From contig JANPFV010000082.1 of NCBI GenBank assembly GCA_031423615.1, positions 4,208-68,207 of the forward strand: a stretch of 64,000 bases of DNA. Reading direction: 5' to 3'. The notes below the pieces were generated by a model that saw only the letters and a program-made list of their open reading frames with translations, was not told the DNA's origin and did not search any database. The stretch comes from Candidatus Omnitrophota bacterium. Lineage in GTDB: Bacteria > Omnitrophota > Gorgyraeia > Zapsychrales > JANLHA01. A program made the translations under genes and the position numbers. Shown here piece after piece: positions 31,380 through 40,846 of this stretch (position 1 is its first letter; every line of letters starts with the position of its first letter).

Positions 31380-32381
31380 TTATACAAATTTTATTTTTTG
31401 CGAAACATCCTTGACCACTTCGCCTATCACAAAATTTTTTACACCCTGTTTTTTTAAAATCGCTCTTACCTTGCTAATATTTTGCGGCGGGGTGATAAGG
31501 ACCATGCCGATTCCCATATTGAATGTCCGAAACATTTCGGAATCGGCTATTTTACCCTTTTTTTGGATTTTTTGAAAGATTTCCGGCACCGGCCAACTGT
31601 CGCGGCGGATCTGAAAACATTTTCCGGCCGGCAAGATTTTTGTCATCTTTTCATAAAATGCACCGCCCGTGACATGCGCGATCCCATGAATCCGCTGTTT
31701 TGCTAAAACCGCCAAGACCGGCTTGACATAAATCCTCGTCGGTGTCAAAAGGTCTTGAGCCCATGTCTTTTGCTCCTGTGCCGAAAGAGCTTTCCGCGCC
31801 AAACTATAACCATTGGAATGCAGACCGCTGGAAGCCAAACCGATCACCGCATCGCCATTTTTGATTTTCGATCCGTCAATGATGTACTTTTTTTCAACAA
31901 CGCCAACTGTAAATCCAGCCAAATCATATTCATCTTCTTTATAAAGGCCGGGCATTTCTGCGGTCTCGCCGCCAATCAAAGTGCAGCCCGCTTGACGGCA
32001 TCCTTCGGTCACACCTTTGATCACCTCATGCAAAACTTCCGGCTTCACTTTCCCACAGGCGATATAATCCAAAAAAAACAAAGGCTTAGCTCCCACGCAC
32101 AACACATCATTGACATTCATCGCGACCAAATCAATTCCTACGGTGTCATGTTTATGAGCTCCCATCGCCAGCAAAAGTTTGGTCCCCACCCCGTCCGTCG
32201 AAGACACCAAAACGGGCTTTTGATATTTTCCCTTCAACTCAAAAAGTCCGCCAAAGGAACCTTTGCGGCTCAAGGCGCCTTTGATCATAGTCGATTTTAC
32301 CAAAGCACCTATTCCGTCGACAAAACGGTTCGCCTGATCGATATCCACACCACTGTCTTTATATGTTAAACCCTTTTTCAT
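31380..32381 (-). CDS. purM: AIR synthetase
   Basis: YKDSGVD, TDGVGTK, GGETAEMPG, HSNGYS, TFNMGIG. Confidence 0.97.
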   Translation of the reverse strand: MKKGLTYKDSGVDIDQANRFVDGIGALVKSTMIKGALSRKGSFGGLFELKGKYQKPVLVSSTDGVGTKLLLAMGAHKHDTVGIDLVAMNVNDVLCVGAKPLFFLDYIACGKVKPEVLHEVIKGVTEGCRQAGCTLIGGETAEMPGLYKEDEYDLAGFTVGVVEKKYIIDGSKIKNGDAVIGLASSGLHSNGYSLARKALSAQEQKTWAQDLLTPTRIYVKPVLAVLAKQRIHGIAHVTGGAFYEKMTKILPAGKCFQIRRDSWPVPEIFQKIQKKGKIADSEMFRTFNMGIGMVLITPPQNISKVRAILKKQGVKNFVIGEVVKDVSQKIKFV

Positions 32382-33181
32382 ATCAGCTGTTTCTTCACAT
32401 ACTCAACGCCGTTTTCAAAAATCTTTGCGCCCTGACCCCGCTTTTCCTTCATTCCCCGGCGTGTCCAAGAGGGATGCTGGATCGAAAGAAAATGACGTTC
32501 GGGATGCGGCATCAATCCTAACACCCGGCCCGTCGAATCCGTGATCCCGGCAATGTTATCGACGGCATTATTGGGATTTTGCGGATAAACCGGTTGTTCT
32601 CCCTTTTCATCACAATAACGCAAGACAACTTGACCATTATCTATCAAATATTTTAAAACTTTATCGTCGGCCGGAACAAATTTTCCTTCCGCATGCGCCA
32701 CGGGTAAATAAATAACATCGGTCATGCCCTGGGTCCAGACCGAATGTCCGTCGGGCTTAAGGTGAACCCAGCGGTCTTCGAATTTTCCGGAATCATTGTG
32801 CGTCAATGTGACACTTTGGATAAATTCCGGATCGCCATTTTTATGACTCCGCCCCGGCAAAATCCCCGCCCGCGCTAAAATCTGGAAGCCATTGCAAATG
32901 CCAATAATCAATTTTCCGTCGATAATAAAGCGTTTTAACTCATCTCCCAACCGCAACCGAAGCTCATTCGCCAAAATGCGGCCGGAAATGATGTCATCGC
33001 CGTAACTGAATCCGCCGGGAATAGCCAGAATCTGATAATCCCGCAGATTCTTTTCCCCGCTCAGAAGACGATTGACATGCACGCGCTCAGCGATAGCGCC
33101 CACGCTTTCAAAAGCGAAAACCGTTTCACGATCGCAATTGGTGCCGGCGGTGCGTAAGACTAGGACTTTGGGTTGAACCAT
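32378..33181 (-). CDS. purQ: FGAM synthase glutaminase subunit
   Basis: GTNCD, GGFSYGD, GICNGFQIL, MPHPER. Confidence 0.96.
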   Translation of the reverse strand: MVQPKVLVLRTAGTNCDRETVFAFESVGAIAERVHVNRLLSGEKNLRDYQILAIPGGFSYGDDIISGRILANELRLRLGDELKRFIIDGKLIIGICNGFQILARAGILPGRSHKNGDPEFIQSVTLTHNDSGKFEDRWVHLKPDGHSVWTQGMTDVIYLPVAHAEGKFVPADDKVLKYLIDNGQVVLRYCDEKGEQPVYPQNPNNAVDNIAGITDSTGRVLGLMPHPERHFLSIQHPSWTRRGMKEKRGQGAKIFENGVEYVKKQLI

Positions 33182-33870
33182 TTTTTAGGATCGATCAAAT
33201 TCGCAAAATTCTGTTTAGTATAAAAATCCTTGATCTCTTTGATCACTTCATCGGCCGTATCGACCACGGTGAACATATTGAGGTCTTTCGGGTCAATGTT
33301 TCTTTCCACTGCGACCGTGTGCTTAAGCCAATCGAGCAGGCCCTTCCAGTAGTGAGAACCCACCAGAATGACCGGAAATGTTTCGATCCGTTTGGTCTGG
33401 ATTAACGTCAAACTTTCAAAAAGCTCGTCGAGTGTGCCATATCCTCCGGGAAAAATGACAAAGGCCTTGGCGTATTTGACGAACATGACTTTGCGGCAAA
33501 AAAAGTAATGAAAATTGATCAGGGTTTTAACATACTCATTCGCCTTTTGTTCAAAAGGCAAATCGATATTCAGCCCCACGGACTCGCCATTGGCTTCGGT
33601 GGCGCCCTTGTTTCCCGCTTCCATGATTCCCGGCCCCCCACCGGTAATGACGGTGAAACCTTCCTTGACCAAGAGCGCCGTTGTTTTTTCGGCGAGTTTA
33701 TAAAATTTGTCGGATTTTTTCGTGCGCGCCGAACCAAAAATACTCACGGCGTCTCCCACGCGAGACATTTCATCAAAACCCTCGACGAATTCAGCCATAA
33801 TACGAAAAACACGCCAGGGGTCTTCCATCCGCGTTAATTCTTCTTGCGCTCTTGTTTTTTTATTGGCCAT
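33160..33870 (-). CDS. LOG family protein (TIGR00730-like)
   Basis: FGSART, TGGGPGIMEA, RKVMFVK, PGGYGTLDE. Confidence 0.93.
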   Translation of the reverse strand: MANKKTRAQEELTRMEDPWRVFRIMAEFVEGFDEMSRVGDAVSIFGSARTKKSDKFYKLAEKTTALLVKEGFTVITGGGPGIMEAGNKGATEANGESVGLNIDLPFEQKANEYVKTLINFHYFFCRKVMFVKYAKAFVIFPGGYGTLDELFESLTLIQTKRIETFPVILVGSHYWKGLLDWLKHTVAVERNIDPKDLNMFTVVDTADEVIKEIKDFYTKQNFANLIDPKKWFNPKS

Positions 33871-33894
33871 TCCATTCTCCCTTGAATAAAACGT

Positions 33895-36801
33895 TTACCA
33901 GCGAAGCGGGGCTTGCCAGGCTTCTTTCAAATCATCAATATGCGCATTCACGCACACGTTCTTTTTTAAACCATAAATTAAAAACTCCGGGCTTTCTTCA
34001 ACCCGGCCAATACAACGGGCCGGCACGCCTTTAAGAATTTTTGCAAACGCTCTTTGTTTTTCCGGTTCAACCTCGACGATAAAACGGGAGTGTGATTCTG
34101 AAAAAAGAATAGTATCGTCCCGATCGATCTTTTTTTTGCAAGGCACTTGGTCTAAACGCACTGTGACCCCAAAGCCGCCGCTGAAAGCCATTTCGGCCAA
34201 AGCCACACCTAACCCTCCTTCAGAACAATCATGGATGGACCTGACCAAACCGGCTTTAACCGCGTGGGACAAAACTGAAAAAGTTTTTAAAGCCGCTTTA
34301 AAATTCACTTGCGGCACATGAGGGCCCACAAAACCATGGTTAGCATAATAAATCGATCCGCCCAATTCCGCCAATGTATTTCCGACGACATAAATCAAAT
34401 TGCCGGACTTTTTAAAGTCCATCGTCAAACACCGATGGACATCCTCAATAATTCCTATCGCGGAAATCAAAATGGTTCCGGGAATGGCAATGGATTCTTT
34501 TCCGACGGCAAATTCATTATACAAGCTGTCCTTGCCGGATATAAACGGCGTTCCATACGCCATGGCCGCTTTATAACAGCCTTCGGCACAGCGCACCAAT
34601 CCGCCAAGACGGTCCGGTTTGTCGGGGTTACCCCAACAAAAATTATCCAGCAGAGCCACCTGCTTCAGATCTCCTCCGACGCTGATGATCTGGCGGATCG
34701 CTTCATCGATGCATCCGGCCGCCATCCAAAACGGATCAATTTGACCGTAACGGAAATTGACACCATTGCTGATCGCGATCCCTCGCTTTGAACCAAGTTT
34801 GGGAGTCACGACCGCCGCGTCCGACGGCCCGTCGGAATTCTTTCCCACCAAAGGTTTAATGATACTTGCACCCTGCACTTCATGATCGTACTGGCGGATG
34901 ATCCATTCCTTAGAGCAAACATTCAAATGGGATAGAGCCTCAAAAAGCGAATCATTCAGGTCTAAAGGAGCCCTCAATTTGACGTCTTTGTGTCGGGGAA
35001 AAACCCATAGGGCTTCTTTGGTAATATCCGGAATCCCCTCGTGCAAAAACTCCATTTCCAAGTCGCCGACTTGCACATCATTGTAAAAAAGTTTGAGGCA
35101 GCGATCTTTATCGAACTGGCCTATGACGGTGGCTTCCACGTTTTCGTCACTAAAAATCTTTAAAAGTTTTTGGGCTTTTTGGGGCGGGACCGACATAACC
35201 ATGCGTTCCTGCGATTCCGATATCCAAATTTCAGAGTACGACAATCCTTGATATTTCAGCGGGACTTTTTCCAAATAAACCGTCGCCCCCAAATCTTGGC
35301 CCATTTCTCCGACGGCGCTGGATAAACCACCCGCCCCGCAGTCCGTAATCGCGGAATAAAGCCCCATATCGCGCGCTTTCAAAAGAACATCAAGGACTTT
35401 CTTTTCCTGAATGGGATGGCCGATTTGCACCGCGCCGGAAGAAACGGTTTCACTTTCCTCCGTCAATTCGCCGGAGGAAAAAGTCGCGCCGTGGATCCCG
35501 TCGCGGCCCGTCCGTCCACCGACGACGACAATCAAATCGCCGGAAAATGTTTTTTTCTTTTCCATGCCTTTGGGTAAAATACCGACCGTCCCGCAAAACA
35601 CCAGGGGATTCCCGATAAATCCCTCATCAAATAAAACCGCCCCGTTTACCGTCGGAATTCCCATTTTATTGCCGTAATCCCTCACACCGCTGACAACGCC
35701 TTTCATGACGCGCTTGGGATGGAGGGTCCCAGCGGGCAATTTTTTAAAATCCATATCCGGAGGAGCAAAACAAAAAACATCCGTATTGCAAATTGGCCTT
35801 GCGCCCAAACCGGTGCCGAGAATGTCACGTATGACGCCGCCCAATCCGGTATTGGCCCCACCGAAAGGTTCTAAAGCACTCGGGTGATTGTGGGTCTCCA
35901 CTTTAAAACACACATGGTGATCCTGATCAAATTTAATGACGCCGGCATTGTCATAAAAAACCGAAACACACCATGACTTATTCATGCTATACGTCGCTTT
36001 TGCGATCGTTGACTTCAAGAGATTGCGGATGATTTTAGTTGTGGTCTTTAAGCCTTGCTTGACACGGTAACGAATATTGCCGCGGAAAGTTTTATGGTGG
36101 CAGTGTTCGCTCCACGTCTGCGCCACGGTTTCTAATTCGCAATCCGTCGGGTTGCGGTCCAATTTCTTAAAATATTTTTGAATCGCCTTCATTTCCGCCA
36201 AATTGAGAAAAAGCTGGCCTTGCTGACTCAATTCTAAAAGTTTTTTATCCGGCGCATCCATCAGTTCGACTAAAAGGATTTTAAACGGGGCCGGTGCTAA
36301 TCCGGCCAGCGATGTCTGCGACGGCACAACACTCTTGACCACATGCTGGATCAATTTATTGGAAAGAACTTTTTCCACAATGAGATGATGTTGCGAATCA
36401 GAAATCTTTCCTTTGAGGTGATACTGCTTGGCCGTGCGGACACTTTTCGCCGAATCAATGCCCAAGTCACGGATGCCTTTCAATGTCGATTCCTCGACGG
36501 GATCCATGACACCGTTGTTGTAAGCAATTTCAACGACATGATCGTTTTGGGTCTTTTGGGCCGGTGGTTTATATTCCTGGGCCAGACAAACATCATATTC
36601 CTGAGTGATTTGATCGGTGAGGAGTTGGCTAGCAATGAGCTGGGCTTGTTCGGCGGTTAAATCGCCATCAATAGTATAAACCTGCACAATCCGGACATCT
36701 TCAAGACCCCGCAATCCCAAGTCCGCGATATCTTTTTTGATGCCCGCCGCCGCAGGATCAAAAACACCTGCTTTTTCTTTTATTTCCGCACGCCAGATCA
36801 T
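33895..36801 (-). CDS. purL: FGAM synthase PurL with N-terminal PurS-like domains
   Basis: QTWSEHCHHK, KVETHNHPS, DCGAGG, SESQERM; two PurS-like segments (GVFDP, GVMDP). Confidence 0.95.
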   Translation of the reverse strand: MIWRAEIKEKAGVFDPAAAGIKKDIADLGLRGLEDVRIVQVYTIDGDLTAEQAQLIASQLLTDQITQEYDVCLAQEYKPPAQKTQNDHVVEIAYNNGVMDPVEESTLKGIRDLGIDSAKSVRTAKQYHLKGKISDSQHHLIVEKVLSNKLIQHVVKSVVPSQTSLAGLAPAPFKILLVELMDAPDKKLLELSQQGQLFLNLAEMKAIQKYFKKLDRNPTDCELETVAQTWSEHCHHKTFRGNIRYRVKQGLKTTTKIIRNLLKSTIAKATYSMNKSWCVSVFYDNAGVIKFDQDHHVCFKVETHNHPSALEPFGGANTGLGGVIRDILGTGLGARPICNTDVFCFAPPDMDFKKLPAGTLHPKRVMKGVVSGVRDYGNKMGIPTVNGAVLFDEGFIGNPLVFCGTVGILPKGMEKKKTFSGDLIVVVGGRTGRDGIHGATFSSGELTEESETVSSGAVQIGHPIQEKKVLDVLLKARDMGLYSAITDCGAGGLSSAVGEMGQDLGATVYLEKVPLKYQGLSYSEIWISESQERMVMSVPPQKAQKLLKIFSDENVEATVIGQFDKDRCLKLFYNDVQVGDLEMEFLHEGIPDITKEALWVFPRHKDVKLRAPLDLNDSLFEALSHLNVCSKEWIIRQYDHEVQGASIIKPLVGKNSDGPSDAAVVTPKLGSKRGIAISNGVNFRYGQIDPFWMAAGCIDEAIRQIISVGGDLKQVALLDNFCWGNPDKPDRLGGLVRCAEGCYKAAMAYGTPFISGKDSLYNEFAVGKESIAIPGTILISAIGIIEDVHRCLTMDFKKSGNLIYVVGNTLAELGGSIYYANHGFVGPHVPQVNFKAALKTFSVLSHAVKAGLVRSIHDCSEGGLGVALAEMAFSGGFGVTVRLDQVPCKKKIDRDDTILFSESHSRFIVEVEPEKQRAFAKILKGVPARCIGRVEESPEFLIYGLKKNVCVNAHIDDLKEAWQAPLRW

Positions 36802-36849
36802 AAAGGGGGGAAACTCTTATATTTATCAAAATTCTTATATTTTTTTGAA

Positions 36850-36928
36850 CTGCAAGGGGGCAACCGAGGAGCGAAGCGAGGCGTACTAAAAAGTACGTTA
36901 AGCGAGCACCGAAGTTGCAACGAAGCAG
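36850..36928. repeat. Nested palindromic intergenic element (ERIC/MITE-like architecture)
   Basis: CTGC..GCAAC..CGTACT-AAAA-AGTACG..GTTGC..GCAG. Confidence 0.5.
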
Positions 36929-36947
36929 ATCGCCAAACGCAAAAATC

Positions 36948-37652
36948 TTATTTGCTGACGCGACTTAAGACTTCCTGATAGGCTTCTTCGATATTTCCCA
37001 AATCCCGTCGAAAGCGGTCCTTGTCCAGCTTATCACCCGTTTTGGCGTCCCAAAGCCGGCACGTGTCCGGTGAAATCTCGTCAGCGAGAATAATTTTGCC
37101 TTTATATTTACCAAATTCCAACTTAAAATCAATCAATTTGATATTAAGAGAGGCAAAAAATTTGAGCATGAGCTCATTAATTCTTAAAGTGTATTTCTTG
37201 ATTTGATCCACATCTTCATCGGTAGCGAGTTTAAGCGCCCGGATGTGCGTTTCATTAATCAGGGGGTCGTTGAGCTTGTCTTCTTTATAACAAAACTCCA
37301 GAACCGGACAAGCTAATGTCGATCCTTCTTCAATGCCCAAAATCCTGCACAAAGAACCAGCCGCAACATTGCGGATAATGACTTCCAAGGGAACGATTTG
37401 AACCCGCTTGACCAACATTTCACGATCACTCAAAGATTTTTCAAAGTGGGTCGGAATGCCGGATGCCATCAAATATTCAAAGATCTTGGTTGAGATCTTG
37501 TTATTGATGATCCCCTTATCATGAATAGATCCTTTTTTCGCCGCATTAAACGCCGTAGCATCATCCTTAAAATATTGAATCAAAAGATCCGGGTTGTCGG
37601 TCGTATAAAGGATTTTAGCTTTACCTTCATAAATTTGCTCGCGCTTTTCCAT
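36948..37652 (-). CDS. purC: SAICAR synthase
   Basis: YEGKAK, FKDDATAFN, DFKLEFG, ADEISPDTCRLWD. Confidence 0.97.
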   Translation of the reverse strand: MEKREQIYEGKAKILYTTDNPDLLIQYFKDDATAFNAAKKGSIHDKGIINNKISTKIFEYLMASGIPTHFEKSLSDREMLVKRVQIVPLEVIIRNVAAGSLCRILGIEEGSTLACPVLEFCYKEDKLNDPLINETHIRALKLATDEDVDQIKKYTLRINELMLKFFASLNIKLIDFKLEFGKYKGKIILADEISPDTCRLWDAKTGDKLDKDRFRRDLGNIEEAYQEVLSRVSK

Positions 37653-37673
37653 AATGATCCTCGCAATGAATAA

Positions 37674-38969
37674 TTATTTTAATCCCACACGTTTAAAAAT
37701 AAAATCCCGATAACGAGTATAATATTTGATGTCAAAACAGGCATCGATTTCGCTAGGCTTCAAATACTTGCGCACCTTGCGTTCACGATAAAGCACTTCT
37801 TTGAAATCGGAGGTGTCCTGCCAGACCTGCATCGCACAATGTTGAATAATATCGTAAGCTTCTTCGCGGGTCAAACCTTTCTTCATAAGTTCCAAAAGTA
37901 CGCGCTGGGAATAAATCAAGCCGTTGGTTTTGGTTAAACTGGCGATCATGTTCTTGGGATAGACCAGTAATCCATCGATAATAGGAATAAATTTCGCCAA
38001 CATATAATTCAAAATCGCGGTGCTGTCCGGGATGATGATACGTTCGACGGAAGAATGGCTGATATCCCGTTCATGCCACAGGGCGATGTTTTCGAATGAA
38101 GCCTGGGCATTGGAACGCAAAAGACGAGACAAACCGGAAATTCTTTCGCAAGTCACCGGATTGCGTTTGTGCGGCATGGCGGAAGAACCGATCTGGCCTT
38201 TAAAGAAAGGTTCTTCGACTTCCAGGACCTCGGTTTTTTGTAATAAACGGATTTCCGTAGCAAATTTATTAAGAGAAGAACCGATCAAGGCCAGAGTGGT
38301 GATGAATTGGCAATGAATATCGCGCTGAATGATTTGGGTAGCGATATTGGCGGGTTTAAGCCCCAGTTGCGCGCAAACATATTCTTCGACGTGAGGATCG
38401 ATATTCGCATAAGTTCCGACCGCGCCGGAAAGCTTCCCGACTCGCATGTTTTCGCGGGCTTGCTCCATGCGGTCTAAATTTCTTTTCATTTCATCGTACC
38501 ACACTGCCAGTTTCAAACCAAAGGTCATGGGCTCGGCATGAACACCGTGCGTGCGGGCAATGCAATTGGTGTCTTTATATTTTTTGGCTTTGATTTTAAG
38601 GACGGTCAAAAGCTTGCGGATGTCGGCGATGATAATATCACTGGCTTCGACGCATTGCACCGACAATGTGGTATCTAAAAGATCCGAAGACGTCAAACCC
38701 ATATGAAGATAACGGGCTTCCGGCCCCAGATAGGAACCGACATTATTGATGAAAGCCACGATATCGTGTTTGGTGCGTTCTTCTAATTTTTGGATTTCTT
38801 CAAGATTAAATTTAGCGTTCTTTTTGATCTTTTCGAGGGCTTTTTTGGGAATATGACCTAACTTACTCATTTCTTCGCAAGCTAAGACCTCAATCTTAAG
38901 CATAATCTGAAATTTATGCTCATCGGTCCAAATGCTTCCCATTTTGGATAATGTGTAGCGTTCGATCAT
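37674..38969 (-). CDS. purB: Adenylosuccinate lyase
   Basis: MIERY start, RTHGVHAEP, GSSAMPHKRNP. Confidence 0.97.
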   Translation of the reverse strand: MIERYTLSKMGSIWTDEHKFQIMLKIEVLACEEMSKLGHIPKKALEKIKKNAKFNLEEIQKLEERTKHDIVAFINNVGSYLGPEARYLHMGLTSSDLLDTTLSVQCVEASDIIIADIRKLLTVLKIKAKKYKDTNCIARTHGVHAEPMTFGLKLAVWYDEMKRNLDRMEQARENMRVGKLSGAVGTYANIDPHVEEYVCAQLGLKPANIATQIIQRDIHCQFITTLALIGSSLNKFATEIRLLQKTEVLEVEEPFFKGQIGSSAMPHKRNPVTCERISGLSRLLRSNAQASFENIALWHERDISHSSVERIIIPDSTAILNYMLAKFIPIIDGLLVYPKNMIASLTKTNGLIYSQRVLLELMKKGLTREEAYDIIQHCAMQVWQDTSDFKEVLYRERKVRKYLKPSEIDACFDIKYYTRYRDFIFKRVGLK

Positions 38970-39181
38970 GTGATTTTCTCCTTTTCGTGAATGAAAACTC
39001 AAGTAATATAACAGAAGAAAATTTCTAAATCAATCGAAAAGAAAAAATTGCTTGTCTTTTTTGCGGCCTTAAGTCATTTAAAAGAATAGAGTTACGTTGA
39101 AAAACAGGTAGAGAAAGCTACGCCCCGCAAGTCATAAGCCTAATGACAATAGATATTTACAAAAATTTTCCCAATACGAAA

Positions 39182-39640
39182 TTATTTCGGAGCTGTTTGG
39201 GACGTAGCCGGTGTTTCGATTTTGCTGACTTTATCTTGAAAATATTGGCCGGAGACTTCCATGACTTCAGTCATTAATTGGGAAGTTAAAGCGAGATTCT
39301 TGGCGCCAATGGGACTTTTGTAAAAGGCGATCAATTCCCTGATTTCATCCGGGGTAAAATGCTTGGCATAAATCGGAATAATGTTATCGATAATGGCATC
39401 GCTTTGCAATGCGTCACGCAATTGTTTTTGGGATTCGGCGGGAGCCTGTTTAATTATATCTTCAAAAATACGGATAATGCTGGCGCGCATGCCGTTGGCT
39501 TCCAAAAGACGACGGACCAGTTCCTTTGTTTCCGCCGGAACCGGGGCAGCCGCTGGACTTGTTTTGGGAGCCACCTGGGCAAAGGTGTTGGATGAAAGCA
39601 CAATAACAAACACGACCGCGAAAGCTAAAATTCTACTCAT
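39182..39640 (-). CDS. DUF2059-like exported protein
   Basis: Signal peptide; YAKHFTPDEIRELIAFYKSPIG. Confidence 0.85.
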   Translation of the reverse strand: MSRILAFAVVFVIVLSSNTFAQVAPKTSPAAAPVPAETKELVRRLLEANGMRASIIRIFEDIIKQAPAESQKQLRDALQSDAIIDNIIPIYAKHFTPDEIRELIAFYKSPIGAKNLALTSQLMTEVMEVSGQYFQDKVSKIETPATSQTAPK

Positions 39641-39748
39641 GTCCTCTCCTTAATAATAAATATTAATAAATGGGATTTTCAATTTTAGTCATCATATCAC
39701 AAGTCATTTTCGTTGCGCCTATTTTTCTTGTATGTTACGATGTTGACC

Positions 39749-40846
39749 ATGTTAAAAGAAATTAAAGCCCAGATCGACAAAAGCCTCGAACGCTTTCTCG
39801 ACAAAATCAAAATTGATTACAAACTTCACCTCGTCGATCCCATCCTTTATGCCAGCATCCGTGAATTTTGCCTGCGGGACGGCAAAAGGATCCGTCCTAT
39901 CCTGCTGGCGTTAAGTTACAAAGGCTACCGCAAAAACGCCGCCCGGATGTCTCCTTCCATTTATTATGCTTCCACCTGCATTGAACTCTTACATAACTTC
40001 ATGCTCATCCATGACGATATTATCGACCGTTCGGATCTTCGCCGGGGAAAACCGACATTGCATCGCCTTTTACAAAAAGCGGCCAACATTCCGCAGAAAG
40101 AACGGCTCGGCCGTGATTTAAGCCTCGTGGCCGGAGACATTGTTTATGCTTTGGCCATCGACGCATTTTTGTCGATCAACGAAGAATTGCAGCGCAAAGA
40201 ACGCGCGCTCAAATATTTTATTCAAACCGCGGTTTTTACGGCCATGGGGGAATTTGCCGACACCCTTCACGGCGTGCGCGGACTCAACAAAGTCACGGAG
40301 AAAGATGTTTTTCTGAATTACACCTTAAAAACCGCGCGTTATACTTTCGACTGTCCTTTGGTCGTCGGCGCCATTCTGGCCGGCGCAGGCCATAAAGACA
40401 TTAAATCTCTCTCGAAACTGGGCCTTTTAATCGGACAGGCTTTTCAAATCCAGGATGATGTGATCGGAATTTTTGACACCCAAAAGAATATCGGCAAATC
40501 GATATTAAGCGATTTGGCTGAGTCCAAAAAAACCCTCTTGGTCTGCCATGCTTACCGCGTCTTAAAAGGCCAGGAGCGTCAAAAGTTTTTAAAGATTTTT
40601 TCCAAGAATAAAAAAACTTACAACGATCTAATCGCCGTGCGGCAAATTTTTATCCAAGCCCAGAGCCTTAGCTATAGCTTAGAACAAATCCAGAGGCGCC
40701 TGGCCGAATCGCTTAAAATTTTACAGAACTTACAAATGGCGCCGAAATACAAAAAACTGATCGAGAAATGTCTCTTTCAGCTTTTTAAACACAGCGAAAT
40801 CCTCGGACGCCAATATCAGGTCAAGGCTGCTTCTTTTCGGCGCTGA
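39749..40846 (+). CDS. Polyprenyl diphosphate synthase
   Basis: GKRIRP, LIHDDIIDRSDLRRG, FQIQDD; start probably ATG 39749. Confidence 0.93.
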   Translation: MLKEIKAQIDKSLERFLDKIKIDYKLHLVDPILYASIREFCLRDGKRIRPILLALSYKGYRKNAARMSPSIYYASTCIELLHNFMLIHDDIIDRSDLRRGKPTLHRLLQKAANIPQKERLGRDLSLVAGDIVYALAIDAFLSINEELQRKERALKYFIQTAVFTAMGEFADTLHGVRGLNKVTEKDVFLNYTLKTARYTFDCPLVVGAILAGAGHKDIKSLSKLGLLIGQAFQIQDDVIGIFDTQKNIGKSILSDLAESKKTLLVCHAYRVLKGQERQKFLKIFSKNKKTYNDLIAVRQIFIQAQSLSYSLEQIQRRLAESLKILQNLQMAPKYKKLIEKCLFQLFKHSEILGRQYQVKAASFRR

